DNA of 64,000 nt from Candidatus Methanomethylicia archaeon (GTDB lineage Archaea; Thermoproteota; Methanomethylicia; CALHIW01). Positions 52,866 to 63,263 of the stretch are shown here, piece after piece; the first letter of the stretch is position 1; each line of letters starts with the position of its first letter. The position numbers and the translations under genes are program-made. The stretch is from positions 1 through 64,000 of the forward strand of contig JAWBQF010000011.1 of assembly GCA_038845975.1 (NCBI GenBank), given 5' to 3'. The notes under the pieces were generated by a model that was given only the letters and a program-made list of their open reading frames with translations, searched no databases and was not told the origin of the DNA.

Positions 52866-53500
52866 ATACTTGAATATATTTTGAGGCTTTATCTAATACC
52901 TCAACAATAAGTTTCATAAGTATTTTTAGAATGTTGCGGGATACTATTAGAATGTTTCTTGTACTTTCAGTAGCCATGGTATTTACAGAACCTCTAAACG
53001 AATATGCATGAATTATCTTTACGTTATCAGTTAAAATTATTGATTACTTGCCAGTACTTCACTTTTATCACCTATAGGTCTAAATACCTCACCATTACGT
53101 GCAAATCTAAGATTTAAATTCTTCTCAATCTTATCATAATCATAGAAGCCTATAGGTATTAGACTTTCAATACTAGCTAAATTACAAACATCAACAATAT
53201 TATTTATCAATGGGAAATTCAATCCACTAACAACTTTTCTAAGCAATGTTTCGCTTGCAGGTTTCTGCTCTGTTGAATCAATTCTAAGCTTCCAATAGAA
53301 ATCTCTATAAGCTCTCATAATACCCCCTATTCCTTAATACTACTTATAGTGTTTCTTAACTTATTTACAATTTCCATTAAAATATATAATGTATGGTTTG
53401 ATGTCCCCTCAACCTTAACATTTTCAATAATTAATGCAACCAATTTTAAATCTGGAAATCGAGTCTTAACTTTAGAGCTTATAGATATCTTAATAATCAT
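52830..53500 (-). pseudogene. Stand-alone B3/B4 (PheRS editing-like) domain gene, frameshifted
   Basis: RAYRDFYWK, PASE.L.R, INNIVD.CN.AS, G.YD; N- and C-terminal parts lie in other frames. Confidence 0.8.
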
Positions 53501-53522
53501 AGCTATTAAATATCTGCCTACA

Positions 53523-53744
53523 TTATAGGTCTAGAAGAGCGTCTCGTCCTCTATGTGTAATACTGTACTTTTTATCTGATTCAATAACATAATTAAGTCT
53601 TTTTAAGGCTCTAAGTTTTCCAGCAATTTTTCTGCCATCAATACCTAGTTTTCTAGCAATTTCAATACATGTTAATGGCTTATCTGAGCTTGAAAGAGTT
53701 CTAAGTATATATTTCTCCAGGTCTGAAAGTCTTAGAATATACAT
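53523..53744 (-). CDS. Small winged-HTH protein
   Basis: LSDLEKYIL..PLT..EIARKLG..KLRALKRLNYV..YSIT.RG. Confidence 0.85.
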   Translation of the reverse strand: MYILRLSDLEKYILRTLSSSDKPLTCIEIARKLGIDGRKIAGKLRALKRLNYVIESDKKYSITHRGRDALLDL

Positions 53745-53752
53745 ATATCCAC

Positions 53753-54130
53753 CTAGTAAACTCTTGAACCTGGAGGTGCATTTCCCTCAATAGTTACAAA
53801 GTATAGTTTACCATTTATGTCCTCAGCCATTAGTATCATACCCCTACTTTCTAATCCAAACATTTTTTTAGGTACTAGATTTGTTACGACAACAACTCTC
53901 TTACCAATTAGTTGATCAGTGTTTGGAAATTGGTCTGCAATACCTGTAATGATTTGTCTTACTTCACTACCAATATCAATCATCATTTTTATAAGCTTCC
54001 TGGAACCTGGAACTCTTTCAGCTGATTTAATAACTCCAACACGTAGGTTTACTCTTAAAAAATCATCATAGGTCACTTCACTTCCAGACATAACACAATA
54101 TTTTATAAGGATACATATATATTTTAACAC
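53753..54130 (-). CDS. tRNA-binding protein (Trbp111/MetG C-terminal like); likely start ATG 54091
   Basis: DF.RV.LRVG.I..AE.V, RQII.GI, NL.P.KMFG.ES.GMIL. Confidence 0.92.
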   Translation of the reverse strand: MLKYICILIKYCVMSGSEVTYDDFLRVNLRVGVIKSAERVPGSRKLIKMMIDIGSEVRQIITGIADQFPNTDQLIGKRVVVVTNLVPKKMFGLESRGMILMAEDINGKLYFVTIEGNAPPGSRVY

Positions 54131-54165
54131 TAACCAATCTTAAATTATATTGGGGCTGATACTTC

Positions 54166-55023
54166 ATGCTCTACGATTTGGGATTTGCTGATGCTCACAG
54201 TCATGTTAACCCAATCTATGGGCTTGGACCTGAGAAAATAGCTAGACGATTTAAAGATAGTGGTGGCTGGTTTATAGCATTAATATCTCTGCCTCCGTGG
54301 AGCTATGGCTTAGAACCTAGTGGAATAGAGGCTTATGATGAATCCTTCAGGCTAGTTATTAATGCTGGAAATAAATATAAGCAGTTAGGGCTAAAAGTAG
54401 CTATTCATCTTGGCTATCATCCCTCAGAAGTTGATTACCTGGTTAAGTATGGTTTAAAGCCATATGATATTAAAAATTTAGGATTTAGAATCATTGATTT
54501 AATAGCTAATTACGTTAGAGAAGGGTATGTGCATGGCTTAGGAGAATTTGGACGTCAACACTACTCTACAAATCCTGAAAACATAAGGATAGCTGAAGAT
54601 ATAACTAAATATGCTATTCAGAAAGCAAGAGATTTAAACGTATCAATTCATCTTCATTTAGACCAAAGCTTCAATGCTTTAGATTTTGTATTTAGAATTG
54701 CTAGGGAGGCAGGTATGGATTTAAGTAAGGTTGTCATACATCATCTTAATCCAGAACTAGCTAGAAACGCTGAAAATTTAGGATTAAGCTATACTGTTGT
54801 AGGTAAAGTGGAAACTTTAAAAATGATTATTAATAATAGCTTTAAATATCTTGTTGAAAGCGATTATCTAGATGATCCTAAAAGACCTGGAGCTGTTATT
54901 CCACCATGGACTATACCTAAAACATGGAGAAAACTATTAGCTGAAGGTTTATGTGATGTCAGCTACGTTCAAACTATAAATGTAGATAACGTAGTAGCAC
55001 TATATAAGTCCCAGCTTTTTTAA
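54166..55023 (+). CDS. TatD-family metal-dependent hydrolase
   Basis: DAHSH, GYHP, GEFGR, HLH, ESDYLDDPKRPG. Confidence 0.88.
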   Translation: MLYDLGFADAHSHVNPIYGLGPEKIARRFKDSGGWFIALISLPPWSYGLEPSGIEAYDESFRLVINAGNKYKQLGLKVAIHLGYHPSEVDYLVKYGLKPYDIKNLGFRIIDLIANYVREGYVHGLGEFGRQHYSTNPENIRIAEDITKYAIQKARDLNVSIHLHLDQSFNALDFVFRIAREAGMDLSKVVIHHLNPELARNAENLGLSYTVVGKVETLKMIINNSFKYLVESDYLDDPKRPGAVIPPWTIPKTWRKLLAEGLCDVSYVQTINVDNVVALYKSQLF

Positions 55024-55029
55024 GTTATG

Positions 55030-55755
55030 TATGTTCCATATGTTCCTAAATGTAATGCTTAAACTGTTACTGAATACCGTATTACTCAGATACCTCGTTT
55101 ATGTGGTTTCCATACTCTTCTGAATTGTGGCTATGCTACTAGGTTTGTTAATATTATCGGTGTTGTTTATCCTTACTGCTATTCATGCAATATTATTAGG
55201 TTAGTATAGAGGCATTATCGTAGATATCACTATAAACCTCGCCTTAAAACTTAATGGTAAGATTAGGCAATATTTGCATATTCTAAGAATTGATTTATTT
55301 AATGCATCCTTTAGAATATTACATATCCAAATATTTAAAGCTTCTAAAAATAGAGAATTGAAGGTAGGTAAGGTAGAGGATAAGTTGAGGATAAGATACC
55401 TACCATATTTTCAGAATCGAAAGATTATGTACTGCAAATGTAGTAGGAAATTATGAAGAAGCTATTTAAGGAAGTGTTAAACAAACTTAAACATATATAC
55501 TGATGGGTTACCACCATATATTTAGTTGAAAATAGGATTCAACACCTACAGTAAATTATTTGAAAGCACTAAGAGATGAGCTATGCAACAATTATGAGAA
55601 TAAATTAGCATGTTAAGACCATATCAATACATAAAGAATATTGAAAAACAACATAAACATACTTAAACCTTTCGAATTTTGAGAAAACAAGAAACATATA
55701 AATCAATAATAATTAGCCATCAACAAGACTTCTAAGTAAACAATTAGCAACCGAA
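55030..55755 (+). mobile_element. Decayed DDE-transposase remnant (IS1/IS6-like; ends uncertain)
   Basis: YTDGLPPY fragment; multiple stops. Confidence 0.4.
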
Positions 55756-55992
55756 ATTTGTTAGATGAAGAATAAAATGGAGCTTGAAGATTTGTTTATA
55801 GTGAAAACGAAAGAATATTTAATTATTCAGAGACAGCTATATACTCACATCCTAGATTATATTATAAATGTCTCTGTTCACCATCTAGGACAGAGTTAAG
55901 TAGAGGAAATATATTAGCATGTATGTGGTAGTTATGGATGCTCTGCTTGAAATCTATATTTTACCTTTGTATAATGTAGTTGAGGTGAAACT

Positions 55993-56406
55993 ATGAATGT
56001 ATACTTTAGAGAATTAAGTTTCTCAACAAGAAAACGAAGAGAACTTATAGATATTACAAATCAAGTTGAAAAAATTGTAGATGAAAGTAGTATAAGAAAT
56101 GGAATATGCTTAGTTTATGCACCGCACGCTACTATTGCTATAGTAGTAAATGAGCGTGAAGCCGGCTTGATGAGTGATATAATGACAAAGATTGAAAGAG
56201 ATTTTTCAAGTGGTATTGAATGGCTTCATGATAAAATTGATGATAATGCAGATGCTCACTTAGCTTCAGCGTTCATAGGATCTTCAAGAATATTTCCCGT
56301 AATTAACGGTAAACTTATAAGAGGTACGTGGCAAAATATATTTGTTCTTGAACTTGACGGTCCAAGATCAATTAGAAAGATTATAGTGGAAATTATAGGT
56401 GAGTAA
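55993..56406 (+). CDS. yjbQ: YjbQ/UPF0047 family protein
   Basis: DIT, PHAT..VNE, DNADAHL, GTWQ.IF..ELDG; GAGGTG SD. Confidence 0.93.
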   Translation: MNVYFRELSFSTRKRRELIDITNQVEKIVDESSIRNGICLVYAPHATIAIVVNEREAGLMSDIMTKIERDFSSGIEWLHDKIDDNADAHLASAFIGSSRIFPVINGKLIRGTWQNIFVLELDGPRSIRKIIVEIIGE

Positions 56407-56411
56407 TTAAG

Positions 56412-57509
56412 TTAGATCTCAATGAAGTCCTTTGAATATTCAGTAAGTACTTCAGCTCCATTCTTTGTTACTAGAATTGTATCTTCAATTCTTACCCCTC
56501 CAATATTTTCTATATATATTCCAGGCTCAACAGTTATAGTCATCCCTTCTTTAAGTTCAGTGTTTATGTTTTCTGCTATTCTCAAAGATTCATGTACATC
56601 TAATCCTATTGAGTGTCCTGTTGAATGTATGAAATATTTACCGTAGCCATAGTCTTCAATGATCTTTCTTGCAGCCCTGTCAACCTCAGAGCATAATACC
56701 CCAGTCGTCACAGTCTCTAGAGCTTTTTCCTGCGCCTCTCTTACAACTTCATATATTTTCCTCAGTTCATTAGTTATACTTCTAGTAGCTACTGTACGTG
56801 TCATATCTGAGTAGTATTCACTATGTTTTGCCACTATATCTACTACTACTACTTCTTTATCCCTTATTACTCTATTGCTAGCTTTCGCATGAGGTATAGC
56901 TGATCGTGGTCCCGAAGCTACTATTGGCTGTATATCTATAAAACCATTCATACTGTATATCTCATATGCAATACATGCAGCAACATCAACTTCTTTAACA
57001 CCAGGTTTAATTACCTCAATAGCCCTACTTATAGCTTTAGAAACTGTTTTTGAAGCATTTTTAATTTTTTCAACTTCATCTATGCTTTTTATAAGTCTAA
57101 ACCACCATATAGCATCGGTAGCGTCTACAGCTTCAATGTTACTGAGAATATTGGATAAGCGAGTATATGTAGCATACGGTATTGAGTATCCTTCAATACC
57201 TACTCTATTTACACTTCCTCTAATTACTTTACCTATAGCCTCTATAATATCTCTAGCTAACACCTCCTCCTTATTTTTACTTTGTGCTGAATATAAATAG
57301 ATGTTGACATTATCTAAGAGTTTAGCTCTTGGATACTCTAAAGTATGTGTTACTACATGGATTTCTCCATCATTATAAAATATAACTGCAGAATAGTCTA
57401 GAGAACTTCCTAGAAAGTATGCTATATTGGCTTGATTGAGTAGTATTAGTGCATCAAGCTCATACATTCTTAAGCTTTCAATGGCCTTACTTAATCTATT
57501 CATATACAT
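56412..57509 (-). CDS. pepQ: Xaa-Pro peptidase (M24B)
   Basis: IKS.DE, PH, YYSDMTRT, HSTGHSIGLDVHE, EPGIY, GVRIED. Confidence 0.93.
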   Translation of the reverse strand: MYMNRLSKAIESLRMYELDALILLNQANIAYFLGSSLDYSAVIFYNDGEIHVVTHTLEYPRAKLLDNVNIYLYSAQSKNKEEVLARDIIEAIGKVIRGSVNRVGIEGYSIPYATYTRLSNILSNIEAVDATDAIWWFRLIKSIDEVEKIKNASKTVSKAISRAIEVIKPGVKEVDVAACIAYEIYSMNGFIDIQPIVASGPRSAIPHAKASNRVIRDKEVVVVDIVAKHSEYYSDMTRTVATRSITNELRKIYEVVREAQEKALETVTTGVLCSEVDRAARKIIEDYGYGKYFIHSTGHSIGLDVHESLRIAENINTELKEGMTITVEPGIYIENIGGVRIEDTILVTKNGAEVLTEYSKDFIEI

Positions 57510-57991
57510 TGAAACTCCACCAGTAAAGTTTAACTTATTCAGTTAACTATGATTTACTCTAAACTATTTAATCCTTATATATTGTTCTTGTAAGCTTAAC
57601 TATGATAAGCAGATATTATATTGATATGAAGGTCTACAAATGCTAGAGAACCATTGTAAAAGATTTTATACAATTAAATAAGTATGAAAGATCAATAGAA
57701 TATTCCTATATTATAATTGTGCCTCCACTAATTTAAAGTCTGAATTTACCTCTTAATCAATTACTCATACTGAAAAATTGTGTTAATAATTAGAGAATGT
57801 ATTAATACTAAGACTAAAAGTACTCTTAAAGCATAGATTAAACATTAAATGAATCACAATAGCTTATACGATGTAAAGCTTAAAGCTAAGAATATATTAG
57901 CAAAATATCTAGAGGTTTATTTATGACCAAAAATATAACTTGATGGAAACTAGGTCATTATAATAAGATTTTAAAGCATGTGTTTATATTT

Positions 57992-58806
57992 GAACTCATT
58001 GCAAAACCCTCAAGTATATTATTATGCATGCTACTTTTATGAATTCTAGGAATGTTGATGCTAGCCTTTCATATATTATGGTTATCCTCCTGAATGATGT
58101 TATCCATGAGAAGAACCTTTCAACAGCACTCCTCATGCTCTTATATGACTTCCTATCAAATCTGTATGGTCCTCCACGTTTAGGCTTACTCCTTGGTTAA
58201 CATTTATGTTCGCCTTTATTCCTCTATTCTTAAGGTATTCTCTAATCTCTTAATATTATATGCTGAGTCTCCGTAACCTCTTTAAGTCTACTCCTAGCCC
58301 TACCATGCTTAACCCTTACATCCTCAAGGAGCTTTACGAAGCGTTTGAGTCATGCTCATTACCTGGCCCAACCTGAAGGCTTAAGGGTAGGGATTCAGGC
58401 GATACAAAGCATGAATCTTCCTACTTAATATGCTTATATCCATCAAGCCTACAAGCTCCTCCTCCCTAGCCTTTATAGTTGTGCTATCAACGCAACTTTA
58501 TCAAGGCTTACCTATAGAGTAACCCTTAGATATCAGGGCGTTAAGTATTCTCTCCAAACACCTAGCTCCAACTCTTAAGCCTCCTAAAGGCTGTTGAGTA
58601 ATGTTCATACCTAGAGGTACATCCATCTACAGCCAGTAACAAGCACATATAAAATACCGTTCAAACTATCATCAATCCTAGGCCTACCAACCCTAGCCCT
58701 AGGAGGAAGCAAAGACCTAATAAGCCCCTACTCACAATCACTAAGCTCACGAAACTCCATACATAAAACTAAGAAGGTAAAATTTAAATAATTTTGCAAT
58801 GAGTTC
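57992..58806 (-). mobile_element. IS5-family element (IS427/IS1031-like), decayed
   Basis: Perfect 15-bp TIR GAACTCATTGCAAAA; TTT flanks; MEFRELSD..LLPPRARVGRPR, VDSTTIKA remnants with stops. Confidence 0.9.
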
Positions 58807-58818
58807 TTTATTAATATT

Positions 58819-59562
58819 ATGTTTTCTAAATATGTTGCTATAGTTAAAAATATTAGAGGTATTATCCTTCTTGATCCTTACACAGATTCATCTAGGATTA
58901 TAGAATGGCTTAGTGAAAGGTTTAAGTATAGGAATATCGGTGTTTCTAAACTACCTATAAGTAAAAATCCTGAGTTATTCAGTAAATGGCTTAATGGGAG
59001 ACCATTTATTGAGATCTATCATCCCATACAGGAAACGTTTTCTCTTGTTGGTTTCTTAGAGGATATTCTCGGCTTCGAGAATTATGTATGTGACTCTATA
59101 GTTCTCTCATCAGTTTATGTAAGCCCACTACTAGTAACTGATGTTAAGCTTTTTAACAGAATTTTAAAGATATCTATTGATCACATTGAGTTAAAGGTTA
59201 AGCTTAAAGTTAAGGATTGGAAACTACATTTAAGAATTGCAGCCTATACTATCCTAGGTATGTATAGGCAATGTATTGAAGACGCTAAGGAGTTATGGAA
59301 TTTAAATGTTGATTTATTTAAATTTATTAAGAATCATTCCGAGATCGTAGGGAGAGATAAGAAGAGGTATTGGAGACTAAGTAGAGGTGAATTGCCTATT
59401 GGAGTTTTCTTAGCATATCTTGATATTGCAGGTTTAATTGTTAAAAAACAAATTGAAAAATCACCTGTATTGGGGGTTTTGAGAAAGTTTCCTATTGATG
59501 TTGTAGCAGGTCTATCTATAGTTTCAGTTATTAATTTATCGTTAAGTAGTATTTATGACTAG
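58819..59562 (+). CDS. Hypothetical protein, coupled to radical SAM gene
   Basis: 247-aa ORF overlapping the next start by 8 bp. Confidence 0.75.
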   Translation: MFSKYVAIVKNIRGIILLDPYTDSSRIIEWLSERFKYRNIGVSKLPISKNPELFSKWLNGRPFIEIYHPIQETFSLVGFLEDILGFENYVCDSIVLSSVYVSPLLVTDVKLFNRILKISIDHIELKVKLKVKDWKLHLRIAAYTILGMYRQCIEDAKELWNLNVDLFKFIKNHSEIVGRDKKRYWRLSRGELPIGVFLAYLDIAGLIVKKQIEKSPVLGVLRKFPIDVVAGLSIVSVINLSLSSIYD

Positions 59563-60772
59563 AACTGTTAATGTTAGGTTTGGTAATACTGTTAAATGCT
59601 ATGAGGTTATTGAGAATCCAATTCCTCACATAGTTGTTCCAACTACTAAAGAAGTTGTGCATGGATGGTTTTATGGATATGGAGATCGTGGAAGAAGAGA
59701 ATGCTGCTCTGAAAGAATACTTTTAAATCCGTACAATGGCTGCTCAGTATCTTGTATTTTCTGCTATTCTCGCGGCTTTAAGGGATATTTTAGGCTTTGG
59801 AATGAAGAAAATATTATAACAGTATTTAAAGGCTTTGATGTTAAGCTTAAAGAGGAACTTAGCAAGCTATATGTTGCTTCATGCGGCTATCTAAGCCCAT
59901 CAACAGATCCTTTCCAATCTCCCCTTGAAGAAATGTATAATCTCAGTGTTAAAGCAGCTAATGTAATGCTTGATTTAGGATTACCTATAGAGTTTATAAC
60001 GAAGAAGGGCGATAAGGTTCCATTAAGTCTCCTACATAGAATGGCTGAACATCGCTTCAGTCATTGCTTTACCCAATATACTATCATTGGGATTGATAAA
60101 AATATTGTTCAAATATTTTCACCAGGTTCCTCTTCTACAGAGGATCAATTTAAATCTGTATGTCGATCAGCTGACTATGGATTGTTTACCATAGTGAGGG
60201 TTGACCCTTTACTACCAGGTATAACTGATGATTCTGAAACAATCGAATATATTGTTTCAAGAGGCAAGCATGAAGGTGCATCCCACTTTATATTTAGCTT
60301 ATGTGATCTTTCATCAGGCTGGAGGAATAAAACACTTAGAGCCGTTAAGGAGTATTTCCCTGAAGCATATCCATTATGGCTGAAGATATATAGTAAAGGT
60401 TATCTAGGCGGTCTAAATTATCGCCTTAAAGTCTTTAAGACAGCTCGTGAAATATGTGACAAATATAGGGTTACTATGGCTTTATGTATGGAGTTTAAAA
60501 TATTAAAAGATAAAGGTAGATTAAGGTATGTAGGGTTAAATGAAGAATTTATGACTTCTAGAAATTGTGAAGGTGTAGATATACCAATATACTATAGAAG
60601 ATCTTTAAGGGATGAGTTTAAGCCATTGGAAGGCTGTAACGGTAACTGTCTTTTTTGTGCTAAAGGTTCTCAACAGCCTGTATGTGGTGAATATAAGCTT
60701 ATGCGTGCTGATGCATTAAAACTTAAGGATTACATTAGGTTTAAGCCATCAATATTAAGGCTTTCTAGTTAA
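59555..60772 (+). CDS. Radical SAM protein (SplB/spore-photoproduct-lyase-like) with extra Cys motifs
   Basis: NPYNGCSVSCIFCYS, STDPFQ, ITK, DPLLPGITD; C-terminal CNGNCLFC..C. Confidence 0.88.
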   Translation: MTRTVNVRFGNTVKCYEVIENPIPHIVVPTTKEVVHGWFYGYGDRGRRECCSERILLNPYNGCSVSCIFCYSRGFKGYFRLWNEENIITVFKGFDVKLKEELSKLYVASCGYLSPSTDPFQSPLEEMYNLSVKAANVMLDLGLPIEFITKKGDKVPLSLLHRMAEHRFSHCFTQYTIIGIDKNIVQIFSPGSSSTEDQFKSVCRSADYGLFTIVRVDPLLPGITDDSETIEYIVSRGKHEGASHFIFSLCDLSSGWRNKTLRAVKEYFPEAYPLWLKIYSKGYLGGLNYRLKVFKTAREICDKYRVTMALCMEFKILKDKGRLRYVGLNEEFMTSRNCEGVDIPIYYRRSLRDEFKPLEGCNGNCLFCAKGSQQPVCGEYKLMRADALKLKDYIRFKPSILRLSS

Positions 60773-60900
60773 TCTCCTAATTTCCTAATTTTTGTGGATC
60801 CACAATATGGGCATTTTTCACTACTATCTTTAAGGCTAAAGTATCCTCCTCTTCCAATTTTATTACAATCCACACAAACATATCTGCCTAGCCTACCCAT
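60769..60900 (-). CDS. 43-aa CPxCG zinc-ribbon microprotein (below ORF-track cutoff)
   Basis: MGRLGRYVCVDCNKIGRGGYFSLKDSSEKCPYCGSTKIRKLGD; TATA-like CTTAAAT about 25 bp upstream. Confidence 0.8.
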   Translation of the reverse strand: MGRLGRYVCVDCNKIGRGGYFSLKDSSEKCPYCGSTKIRKLGD

Positions 60901-61369
60901 ATGCTTTCATATTTTATCTGAATTTAAGCTTTTATCTTGAATATTCATTGGAAATCTAAGCTTAGCTGCAGCTCCTCAGTCTCTCTACATGCTTTCCTTT
61001 GAAATCCATATATGTTCCACTATACTCTCTCTCAATCTAAGTTCTTGTTTTTTCATTAGTTTAAGAACATCGTTAAGAATCGAACATCTAATTTTAATAT
61101 CTCTAGGTTTTCATGATAACTAATAAATTTACTAAGTTTAACTCTTAGTCTTCTATTAAAACCATAGTAGATAGAAATTGTCCTGTAGGTTTAAATATTA
61201 TATTCAGCATTTTATACTCTATATCTAAATGTATAATTTTAGCATTAAGTATTCTTAATAGTATGCATACCTCAGTATCATTAAGAGGTGTAGATTCATC
61301 TATTGTTTGAATGCTAATATCTAAATTTGTTTTATTTCTTCCTCAATTAGCCTGATCATACAGATCACC

Positions 61370-61435
61370 GGCTCAGTTAAACCCCACCTGTTTACTCATT
61401 AAATCCTCATAAATCGAGGGCTTCCTCATTGCCTC
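61370..61435 (-). ncRNA. Candidate C/D-box guide sRNA
   Basis: GGC-A-ATGAGGA (C), 12 nt, ATGA (D'), ATGAGTA (C'), 16 nt, CTGA (D)-GCC; TTTAAATA at 61465-61458. Confidence 0.6.
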
Positions 61436-61504
61436 CTAAGGAAGTATTGTAATCAAATATTTAAATTTATTAGATCTGGTAATTATACGTCTTTTTTAGC
61501 TAGA

Positions 61505-62200
61505 GATTAGGAGTTATTGTTACTTGTAGTGTTTGTTTATTGGTAGTGACTTAGTTGGTTATCTTGCTTCCCTAGGATTGAACGTTAAGGTTTTAGTGAT
61601 TATTTCCGTAGGTAGTATTAAAAACCTTAAAACAATCAATTGATAAAGCTGAGTTTATTAAGGGTGATGTAGCTAATCTAGATGATTGGTTGATGCTTTT
61701 CATCCTGCTGCTAACTCTGAATTTAGAATTGACGACCCAAATACTCATTCTAAGCGGAATAATCTAGAACATATAATATACTTGAAGCTATAAAGATTAG
61801 CGATATTAAACATTTCATATTTAAATCTTCTTTAATAGTCTACAGCAATGATGAAAGCTTAATATCTACATAATAGTCATATATTGAGTTAACCTGTCAT
61901 ATATCGATCAGCAAATATTGTTAGTCCAATATCAAAACATGAAGTAATGTAGACCTCATAGATTAAGTTTAGAAAATAGCTGTAAGCTTGAATCCTTAGA
62001 GGTGATGCAGAGCCAAAATCTTAATGGTTTAAATGATGTTGAAGGCTTTTGAGGAAATGAATTGGAAGATACTACATTTAGATGTATTGGTAGTGTTAAT
62101 GATATCAGAGGATGGATTAGTAAGTGTGAAATACATGCTTCCTAATGCTTTAAAGCTTAGAACTAAGGACCGGCAAATATTTAAGTATTGAAGCTATAAG
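61505..62200 (+). pseudogene. NAD-dependent epimerase/dehydratase remnant (ends approximate)
   Basis: Fragments VIVT/FIGSDLV, FHPAANSEFR, TYNILEA, RGW..VKYML across frames. Confidence 0.65.
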
Positions 62201-62250
62201 AGCATTAATTAAACAGTAGAGTATTTAAGATTGTATGCTAGTAAGTAAAA

Positions 62251-63150
62251 ATGTATGATTTCCTAGTTGTAGGACATTTAGCTATTGATGAGGTCCATGT
62301 AGATAATAGAATTAGATTCGGTATTGGAGGTTCATCCTACTACTGTGGCTTTAATTTATCGCTTTTAGGTTGGAGGGTACGTATAATTTCAAAGATCGGA
62401 TTTGATTTTAATCCATACTTAGATAGAATGAAAAGCTTAGATATATCACTAGTAAAAATATCCTCCAAGCCTACTACTCGTTACCAAATAGTATATAATT
62501 CTAACTATGAAAGAACTCTTAAGCTTCTCTCAAAATGTGAGGATATTTCAGAATCCGACATACCTAGCAATTTAGAAGTAAAAGCTATTCATATTTGTCC
62601 AATAGCAAATGAAATCAACATAAATGCTATATTTAAACTTAAAGAATTTAATGGAGTGTTATCAATTGATACGCAAGGTCTATTAAGAGCTTTTAGAAAT
62701 GATGGTAGGGTATATTTAAGGAAACCTAGAAACATTTTTAATATAGTTAGAGATATAGATATTTTGAAAGCTGATCAGTTTGAAATTAAAGTTATTCTTA
62801 ATAGCTTAAAAGATATAAGTAGACTGTTTGATATTGGTGTTAAAATTGTAGTTGTAACTAGCGGGTCTAGCGGAGTAACAATATATACTTGTGAAGAGGT
62901 CATTAATGTACCTGCTCCTAGAATTTATGAAGTTAAAGACCCAACAGGTGCTGGTGATGTTTTTATGGCTGGTTTTCTTCACGGATACTTGAAGGGAATG
63001 AATATTGTTGAATCAGCACTTTACGGTATTGCGTCCGCCTCAAGTATTATTAGAAAATTTGAGAATAGATTTATTGATTCGAATGACGTTGATAAATTAT
63101 TTTGTATTTTAAGGAGGAGTTTAAAGGTAACACGTAGCCAATCATTATGA
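62251..63150 (+). CDS. PfkB-family carbohydrate kinase
   Basis: GHLAID, GG, DTQG, DPTGAGDVFMAGF. Confidence 0.92.
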   Translation: MYDFLVVGHLAIDEVHVDNRIRFGIGGSSYYCGFNLSLLGWRVRIISKIGFDFNPYLDRMKSLDISLVKISSKPTTRYQIVYNSNYERTLKLLSKCEDISESDIPSNLEVKAIHICPIANEININAIFKLKEFNGVLSIDTQGLLRAFRNDGRVYLRKPRNIFNIVRDIDILKADQFEIKVILNSLKDISRLFDIGVKIVVVTSGSSGVTIYTCEEVINVPAPRIYEVKDPTGAGDVFMAGFLHGYLKGMNIVESALYGIASASSIIRKFENRFIDSNDVDKLFCILRRSLKVTRSQSL

Positions 63151-63263
63151 CTTAACTAAAATTTATATAGTTTAATTGAAAACTCTAGAATGGTGTTTAA
63201 GGGATGTGTCTTTGGGTTAGTTGAAAATCTAAGTTTACTACTGATTTATGCAGGGTGATGTTT

